A stretch of DNA of 64,000 nt from an uncultured Actinomycetes bacterium (GTDB lineage: Bacteria > Actinomycetota > Acidimicrobiia > Spongiisociales > DATADW01). Below, in pieces: positions 58,635 to 64,000 of the stretch. The translations under genes were made by a program, and so were the position numbers. Position 1 is the first letter of the stretch, and every line of letters starts with the position of its first letter. The DNA is taken from contig CAWGRK010000010.1 of NCBI GenBank assembly GCA_963824995.1, positions 184,928 to 248,927 of the forward strand. The letters run 5' to 3'. The notes beneath the pieces are model-generated. The model did not search any database and had not been told where the DNA came from. It saw only the letters and a program-made list of their open reading frames with translations.

Positions 58635-59606
58635 GTGCACCTGCGCCCTCTGGGATCTACCGGGCTCTCGGTCACCCCGATCGGGCTGGGGTTGGCGGCG
58701 CTCGGCCGACCCGCCTACATAACACCCCACCGCGGCGGTGACCTCGGGGTGGATCGCACCGAGGAGGCCATGAGGGAGCGCACCAGCCAGATGCTCGACC
58801 TCGCCGCCGCCATCGGGGTGGGTTACATCGACGTCGCCCGCTCCTATGGGCTGGCCGAGCAGTTCCTGGCGGAATGGCTCGAAGACCATCCATCGAGCGA
58901 ATTGACGATCGGTTCCAAATGGGGATACAGGTATGTCGGTGAGTGGCAGATGGACGTGCCGGTCCATGAGGTGAAGGACCATTCACTCGACGCCCTCCAG
59001 AGCCAGTGGAAGACGAGCCGCCGGCTGCTCGGCCGACGGCTCCGCCTCTATCAGATCCACTCTGCAACGCTTGAAACCGGTGTCCTCGGCGACTCGGCGG
59101 TCCTCGCCGAACTGGTCAGGATCGGCGAGGAGGGGGGCGTGGTTGTAGGTCTCAGCACGAGCGGGCCCCGGCAGGCGGAGACCATCGAGCGCGCTCTGAT
59201 GACCGAGGTGGATGGGCTGAACCCCTTTCGGCAGGTGCAGGCGACGTGGAACGTCCTCGAGACATCGGCTGGACCCGCCCTCGAAGCGGCATACCAGGCT
59301 GGGTGGGGGGTCATTGTGAAGGAAGCCCTGGCCAACGGCCGGCTGGCGGGGGACCCGTCTCCGCCACAGATCGCCGACCTCGCCCGAACTCACCGAGTAG
59401 GAGCAGACGCGGTGGCGATCGCCGCCGTCCTGGCCCAGCCCTGGGCGGGCATGGTCCTCTCCGGAGCGGTGACCGCCGGCCAACTCCATTCCAACGTCGA
59501 GGCGACCGGCCTGCGCCTATCGGCCTCCGAGGTCGAATCGCTGCGGCCGCTCACCTCCGATCCCGAGGTTTACTGGCAGGAGCGTTCCATGCTCGACTGG
59601 GGCTGA
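58635..59606 (+). CDS. Aldo/keto reductase
   Basis: GLGLAALGRP, DVARSYG, SKWGY, YQIHS, KEALANGRL. Confidence 0.9.
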   Translation: MHLRPLGSTGLSVTPIGLGLAALGRPAYITPHRGGDLGVDRTEEAMRERTSQMLDLAAAIGVGYIDVARSYGLAEQFLAEWLEDHPSSELTIGSKWGYRYVGEWQMDVPVHEVKDHSLDALQSQWKTSRRLLGRRLRLYQIHSATLETGVLGDSAVLAELVRIGEEGGVVVGLSTSGPRQAETIERALMTEVDGLNPFRQVQATWNVLETSAGPALEAAYQAGWGVIVKEALANGRLAGDPSPPQIADLARTHRVGADAVAIAAVLAQPWAGMVLSGAVTAGQLHSNVEATGLRLSASEVESLRPLTSDPEVYWQERSMLDWG

Positions 59607-59616
59607 AGGAACGCTC

Positions 59617-60798
59617 TTGCGAATCACATCCACCTTGCCCACCACCGCCCAGATGGTCATCGTCGGCGGAGGCATCGCGGGAGCGTCGACCGCCTTCTAC
59701 GCGTCGAAAGCCGGGATCCAACCGGTGATCCTCGAGCGCCGGCCAGCTCCCGTGACCCACACCACTGCGGCCAGCACGGGCGCCTTCCGGCTCCAGTTCG
59801 ACAATCAGGAGGAGATGGAACTGGTCCGGAAAACGGTGACCCTGCTCGACAACTTCGCCGAGTTCACCGGCCAGGGTCGCTACGACCCCGGCGTGCGCCG
59901 GCAGGGCTATCTGTGGGCGACGACGTCGCCGTCCCGAACTGACGGGCAGCGCCGGTTGGTCGAGCAACAACACCAATGGGGCCAGACAGATATCGAGTTG
60001 CTAAGCGGCGACGAGGTGCGTTCCCGCTTCCCATTTGTCGGCCCGGATGTCGTCCAGGCGCGGTTCCGAGCGAATGACGGCTTTCTCGACCCAAGACAAC
60101 TGGCCCTCGGGTTGATCGAGGGCTCTGGCGCCAACGTCGTGGTCTCCTGCGGGGTGAAAGGGTTCGGCTTGACCGGTGGAAGGGTCAGCACGGTCGAGAC
60201 ATCGCTCGGCACCATCTCGACCGAGCTGGTGGTGGTGGCTGCCGGCCCGTTCTCCGGCGCGGTCGCGGGTATGGCGGGGGTCGAGTTGCCGCTCGAGATG
60301 GTGATCAGGCACAAGGTCGTCGTCCCCGACCTCCCAGCGGTGCCGCAGTCCGCACCCATGACGATCGACGACGACACCGGGGCACACTGGCGACCAGCCT
60401 TGGCAGGGGCGTTCCTGCTCCACACCGACCCATCCACCCCGCCAGGACCACCACTAGAGGACGTCCCGCCCGATGCCGCATTCGCATTCCGGCTTCTCGA
60501 CCCGGCGAGCCCTGTATCCCTGGCCAAGGTCGCCCCGTTCTGGGCCGACGTATGGGGTGATGGTTCGGTGTCGTGGATGGTGCAGTCCGGGCAATACGAC
60601 ATGACGCCCGATCACCGTCCCCTGCTCGGCGAGACAGGTGTCGCCGGGCTGTGGACCAACTGCGGGTACAGCGGACACGGCATCATGGCCGGACCAGCAG
60701 GCAGCCGGCACCTGATCGGCATCGTCACCGATGGTGAGCACCACAACCCGTTCGGTCTCGATCGGGCGTTCGTTCCACGACCGACCGACGTCCTCTAA
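59617..60798 (+). CDS. FAD-dependent oxidoreductase (DAO/sarcosine oxidase beta-like)
   Basis: IVGGGIAG, YDMTPDHRPLLG, GYSGHGIM. Confidence 0.88.
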   Translation: MRITSTLPTTAQMVIVGGGIAGASTAFYASKAGIQPVILERRPAPVTHTTAASTGAFRLQFDNQEEMELVRKTVTLLDNFAEFTGQGRYDPGVRRQGYLWATTSPSRTDGQRRLVEQQHQWGQTDIELLSGDEVRSRFPFVGPDVVQARFRANDGFLDPRQLALGLIEGSGANVVVSCGVKGFGLTGGRVSTVETSLGTISTELVVVAAGPFSGAVAGMAGVELPLEMVIRHKVVVPDLPAVPQSAPMTIDDDTGAHWRPALAGAFLLHTDPSTPPGPPLEDVPPDAAFAFRLLDPASPVSLAKVAPFWADVWGDGSVSWMVQSGQYDMTPDHRPLLGETGVAGLWTNCGYSGHGIMAGPAGSRHLIGIVTDGEHHNPFGLDRAFVPRPTDVL

Positions 60799-60808
60799 TT
60801 CTCAGTCT

Positions 60809-60835
60809 TGTTATATAACAGATCTGCGATATACT
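60809..60835 (+). promoter_or_regulatory. ArsR operator candidate (TGTTATATAACA palindrome) and -10 TATACT of a leaderless promoter
   Basis: Perfect 12-bp AT-rich palindrome at 60809-60820; TATACT 7 nt before ATG 60843. Confidence 0.6.
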
Positions 60836-60842
60836 GGCTGGC

Positions 60843-61163
60843 ATGGCAGATCCCTTCTCCGCGATAGCCGATCCGACGCGCCGTCGCATGCTCGAGATGC
60901 TGGCATCGGGCGAGCTGGCGGCTGGAGGCCTGGTCGCCGCTTTCCCGGCCCTGTCACAACCAGCCATCTCCCGCCACCTGCGCGTCCTCCGCGACGCCGG
61001 ACTAGTGATATATCGCCGCGAGGCCCAGCGACGCATCTACTCGATGGATCGCGCCGGGCTGGGCGCGGTGGAAAGCTGGCTCGATCGCACCAAGGCTGAC
61101 TGGGATGACCGCCTGGCCCGGTTGGCGGCAGAGATCACCAACAGGAACGAGAAGGACCAATGA
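60843..61163 (+). CDS. ArsR/SmtB family regulator
   Basis: FSAIADPTRRRML, SQPAISRHLRVL. Confidence 0.93.
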   Translation: MADPFSAIADPTRRRMLEMLASGELAAGGLVAAFPALSQPAISRHLRVLRDAGLVIYRREAQRRIYSMDRAGLGAVESWLDRTKADWDDRLARLAAEITNRNEKDQ

Positions 61164-61735
61164 GTGACGGGACCATCATCGACCGGGATCCAGAGCACGC
61201 CACCGTGAGGTTCGAGCGGAGCGTGGACGCCGATATCGCCGATACGTGGCGGTGGTTCACCGAGCCCGACCGGCTCGAGCAGTGGCTTGCGGCGACCAAG
61301 ATCGACCTGAGGGTGGGAGGAACCGTCGAGCACCGCTTCGATGACACCGAAGGGGGACTGGCTCATGGCCGTATCCGGCGCCTCGAGGTGCCTCACGCCC
61401 TCGAGTATGAGTGGCGGTTTCCCGGTGAGCCTGACAGCTTGGTGAGCATCGAACTTCGGCCCGAAGGTGACCGCACGGTCATCACCCTCACCCACCGCCT
61501 GCTCGGCATCTCCCATGCAGCCGGCTACGCCGCCGGGTGGCACGCCCACCTAGACCTGCTCGAGGCGGCGATCACGGGAGGATCGCTGAGCTGGGACGAG
61601 CGGTTCGGGGAGCTGATCGGTGGCTACCAGGCAATGTTCAACTCTCCCTCGGCGGCGACCACCTCCACCGAGACCCCGGAAACCGCGGGCGCCTCCCGTG
61701 GGGAGACGCTCACCACTGGGCAAACGACCCCGTAG
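61160..61735 (+). CDS. SRPBCC/AHSA1 domain protein
   Basis: VRFER, WRWFTEPDRLEQW, GWHAHLD. Confidence 0.88.
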   Translation: MSDGTIIDRDPEHATVRFERSVDADIADTWRWFTEPDRLEQWLAATKIDLRVGGTVEHRFDDTEGGLAHGRIRRLEVPHALEYEWRFPGEPDSLVSIELRPEGDRTVITLTHRLLGISHAAGYAAGWHAHLDLLEAAITGGSLSWDERFGELIGGYQAMFNSPSAATTSTETPETAGASRGETLTTGQTTP

Positions 61736-63339
61736 AGCGCGGAGGCCGCCATCGCCCCGACGGAGATGATCACGTCCGGCTCGGAGAGGACGATCGCCGC
61801 CGGCCCGGTTCCAAGTCGAAGCGATTCGGCGAGCACGCTGGACGACGAACTCGACCCGCGACCCGATGGCATGACCAGCACCCGACCGGTCACCGACTCT
61901 CCAAACTGGGGGTGATGTGGGTCGATGATCCGACCGTCGGCAGGATCGACACCGCCCCAGAAGGAGAGTGCCTGGCGGAGCAGCAGGGCGGCGCCGGTGG
62001 CTCGTCCCGGGAATAGGACACGGTCGTCTGAGTCCGCCGGCTCGGACACGGCCAATTCCTCCCAGTGGATTGGGTCTCCGCCGGACCAGAGGGGAGATTG
62101 GCGACGCACCACACCCGAGACCGCCGAAGCGACGCGGTCGCGGCGCGATCCGAAAATCACCTCCACCCCGAGATTGGCCGGGGCGTACCAGGCCCACTTG
62201 GCCGAGTCGGTCATCACCACCCTCGCCTCGGGGTCGAGGATCGGGGTGATATAGGTGCAAGTGTCGCTGACCATCCGAACCCCGGCCGCCTCGAGGACCT
62301 CGACATCTGAGCGGGCGGCAGCGACATCTCCGCGACCGGCGTTCACGTAGGTGTCGATCCGCACCTCGCGGCCATCGAGCAGCCGAGCCAGTTCGGCGAG
62401 TTCTGTCCTGGAAGCATGGGGAGTGCCAATGCACACTGCGTCGAGCCGGTCCCCGGTCGCCGTGGAAAGCTCGGCTGCCGCGGCCGAGAGAAACCCAGGA
62501 TCGACGAGCACCTCGAACTCGGCGGCCTCCCGGCCGCCAAGGGCGTCTTCGAGTGTCGCCGCCTCCGGCGTCACGCCGACGGCGTGGAACATCGCCACCG
62601 ACCCGGCAGACGCCGCAGCGGCGCCGACCGCCTTCAACCGGTCCTCATCGGTATCGGGAGGCAAACCGACGAGCACCGGGACCACCGACCCCGCCAGCCG
62701 ACCGAGAACGTGGCCAACCACCGGATAGAGGGCGTCATCCTCGAGCCAATCGTCCGGGACGCCGTCGAGGCGGACGACGAGACGGGCCCGCCGCCCGGCG
62801 TCGAGGTGGAGCCCAGCGGCGGGCGCCCGACCAGTCACAGCGGCGGAAATGTCGATGAAGTCGCCGTAGCGGCCGGTACGCGCCCCGAGGACGCTGTTGG
62901 CGAAGACGATGGCGTTCGACTCTGCCCAGGCAACTTGGTCCCCGAACGACGGACGCTCCATCAGTTGGTACGGGGAGCACGTCCAGGTGGGGCGACATCC
63001 CATCTCGACGTAAGCGTCCATGAGCCGGCGGGCTTGCACGGCCAATTCGGGATCCCCGCGAAAGCGCTCGGGATGGAGCAGGTCGAGCGTGGACACGTTG
63101 AGCGTGGTGGGCACAGCCGCCTTCGTCCCTGCCTCGGCCAAGAGAAGGGCGAAATCGAGACTCGCCTGACCGTGGTAGAGGCAACCGTCCACGTGGGCCC
63201 CGGCGATGTCGAGCAGACGATCCGCACCTAGGGCTTTCGCCGCCCCCACCACCACCTCCATGGCGATCCGCGGACCCTCACCACGGTCACCATCGAGCAT
63301 TCCGATGTCGTCGTCTTCGAGATGAAGTTCGGGTCGCAC
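61624..63339 (-). CDS. Aconitase X, catalytic domain in frame with a C-terminal swivel domain
   Basis: HVDGCLYHG, TCSPY, WAESNA, GTPH, DTC, TDSAKWAWY; LSFWGGVDP, GRGSSSSS; start uncertain. Confidence 0.85.
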   Translation of the reverse strand: MRPELHLEDDDIGMLDGDRGEGPRIAMEVVVGAAKALGADRLLDIAGAHVDGCLYHGQASLDFALLLAEAGTKAAVPTTLNVSTLDLLHPERFRGDPELAVQARRLMDAYVEMGCRPTWTCSPYQLMERPSFGDQVAWAESNAIVFANSVLGARTGRYGDFIDISAAVTGRAPAAGLHLDAGRRARLVVRLDGVPDDWLEDDALYPVVGHVLGRLAGSVVPVLVGLPPDTDEDRLKAVGAAAASAGSVAMFHAVGVTPEAATLEDALGGREAAEFEVLVDPGFLSAAAAELSTATGDRLDAVCIGTPHASRTELAELARLLDGREVRIDTYVNAGRGDVAAARSDVEVLEAAGVRMVSDTCTYITPILDPEARVVMTDSAKWAWYAPANLGVEVIFGSRRDRVASAVSGVVRRQSPLWSGGDPIHWEELAVSEPADSDDRVLFPGRATGAALLLRQALSFWGGVDPADGRIIDPHHPQFGESVTGRVLVMPSGRGSSSSSSVLAESLRLGTGPAAIVLSEPDVIISVGAMAASALYGVVCPVVSVSPREAPAVSGVSVEVVAAEGELNIAW

Positions 63340-63440
63340 GCCCGGATTCTGGTCGGGCGGACCTGCCACCTGAGGTGGTGGCTCGGACAAATTTCCGGCC
63401 TCCCGGTCCGCAATCCCCCAATTTTCGGTATTCTGCCAGC

Positions 63441-63558
63441 CACGCCGAGCCCGGCTGTCTGCGGCCGGGGCGGGGGACCCAATCCATGGGGCGAATCCCG
63501 GTACGCCGGGTAGGGCGCCTTCCGGCCCGAGCCCGTCAGCTAACCCCGTAGGCAGCAG
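63441..63558 (+). ncRNA. c-di-AMP riboswitch (ydaO-yuaA)
   Basis: Hallmark segments gccgagccc, cgggggaccc, tggggcgaatc, gtaggg, cccgagcccgtcagctaaccccgtaggc in the expected order; -10-like TATTCT at 63429. Confidence 0.88.
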
Positions 63559-63629
63559 GAAGGAGGCCAGCTTGCTGGCTCTCCGCGGATCGCCGGTCTG
63601 GGACCGGCCGACATGAGGGGGCGGAGAAC

Positions 63630-64000
63630 ATGCCGCACCGGAGAGCCGACATAAACCGGCAGATGCGCCGAAGGGTCTTGGTCGCCGATCGCGAGGGGGC
63701 CAACCTGCCCTACTCGAAGGGGCTGATGGCCGCCTCGATCATGGCAACGGGCATCCCGCCGGGCCGGGCCTATGACCTTGCCGAACTCATCGAGCACGAT
63801 CTGCTCTCCTTGCGACAGGACACCGTCGATGCAGACACGCTCTCCGGCATCGCCGCAGATGTCCTGCTCCGGCACGCCGGCGATCACATAGCGCGCGGAT
63901 ATCTCGCCTGGAGGGCGGCTAAGCGCTCCCCGCGCCCAATCGTCGTCCTCATCGGCGGCGCCACCGGTGTGGGCAAGTCGACTGTCGCCACCAAGCTCGC
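63630..64000 (+). CDS. 2-phosphoglycerate kinase-like protein (ATP-cone + P-loop), 3' truncated
   Basis: Manual translation: LPYSKGLMAASIMATG...YLAWRAAKRSPRPIVVLIGGATGVGKSTVATKL; absent from the ORF track because it has no stop in the window; start 63630 or 63663. Confidence 0.8.
   Translation, partial: MPHRRADINRQMRRRVLVADREGANLPYSKGLMAASIMATGIPPGRAYDLAELIEHDLLSLRQDTVDADTLSGIAADVLLRHAGDHIARGYLAWRAAKRSPRPIVVLIGGATGVGKSTVATKL

Noticed and set aside
61624..61735. Functional significance of the 112-bp convergent overlap between SRPBCC and AcnX
   Set aside because: The SRPBCC tail is low-information run-on sequence, common in high-GC genomes
61624..64000. Archaeal mevalonate pathway (AcnX as phosphomevalonate dehydratase plus a kinase)
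   Set aside because: No other mevalonate-pathway genes in the window; the genes are divergent and the riboswitch points to a separate role for the kinase

Overview
High-GC bacterial chromosomal segment; gene content points to Actinomycetota, probably class Acidimicrobiia (inference). Housekeeping and metabolic genes: nadE, glnE, aroF-tyrA, pheA, proC/proline dehydrogenase, udk, bcp, pspA, clpS, metX, plsY, acyl-CoA carboxylase pair, K+-independent membrane H+-PPase. Also present: a form II CODH/xanthine-dehydrogenase-family cox cluster interrupted by a baeRF gene and a cupredoxin-rhodanese pair; secreted carbohydrate-active proteins (SLH-anchored PL14-like lyase, tandem GH26-like paralogues); a vapBC pair; a heterodimeric ABC exporter; an aconitase X. 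Most notable: (1) a c-di-AMP (ydaO-yuaA) riboswitch directly upstream of an archaeal-type 2-phosphoglycerate kinase at the right edge; (2) a five-gene ApbE flavinylation/ferric-reductase-like module with small, repeat-rich partner proteins; (3) candidate anti-Shine-Dalgarno-loop sRNAs and several small intergenic repeat families. Six genes carry small frameshifts that look like read/assembly errors. No rRNA, tRNA, CRISPR array, transposase or integrase was recognised. All family assignments come from motif recognition by eye, not database searches.
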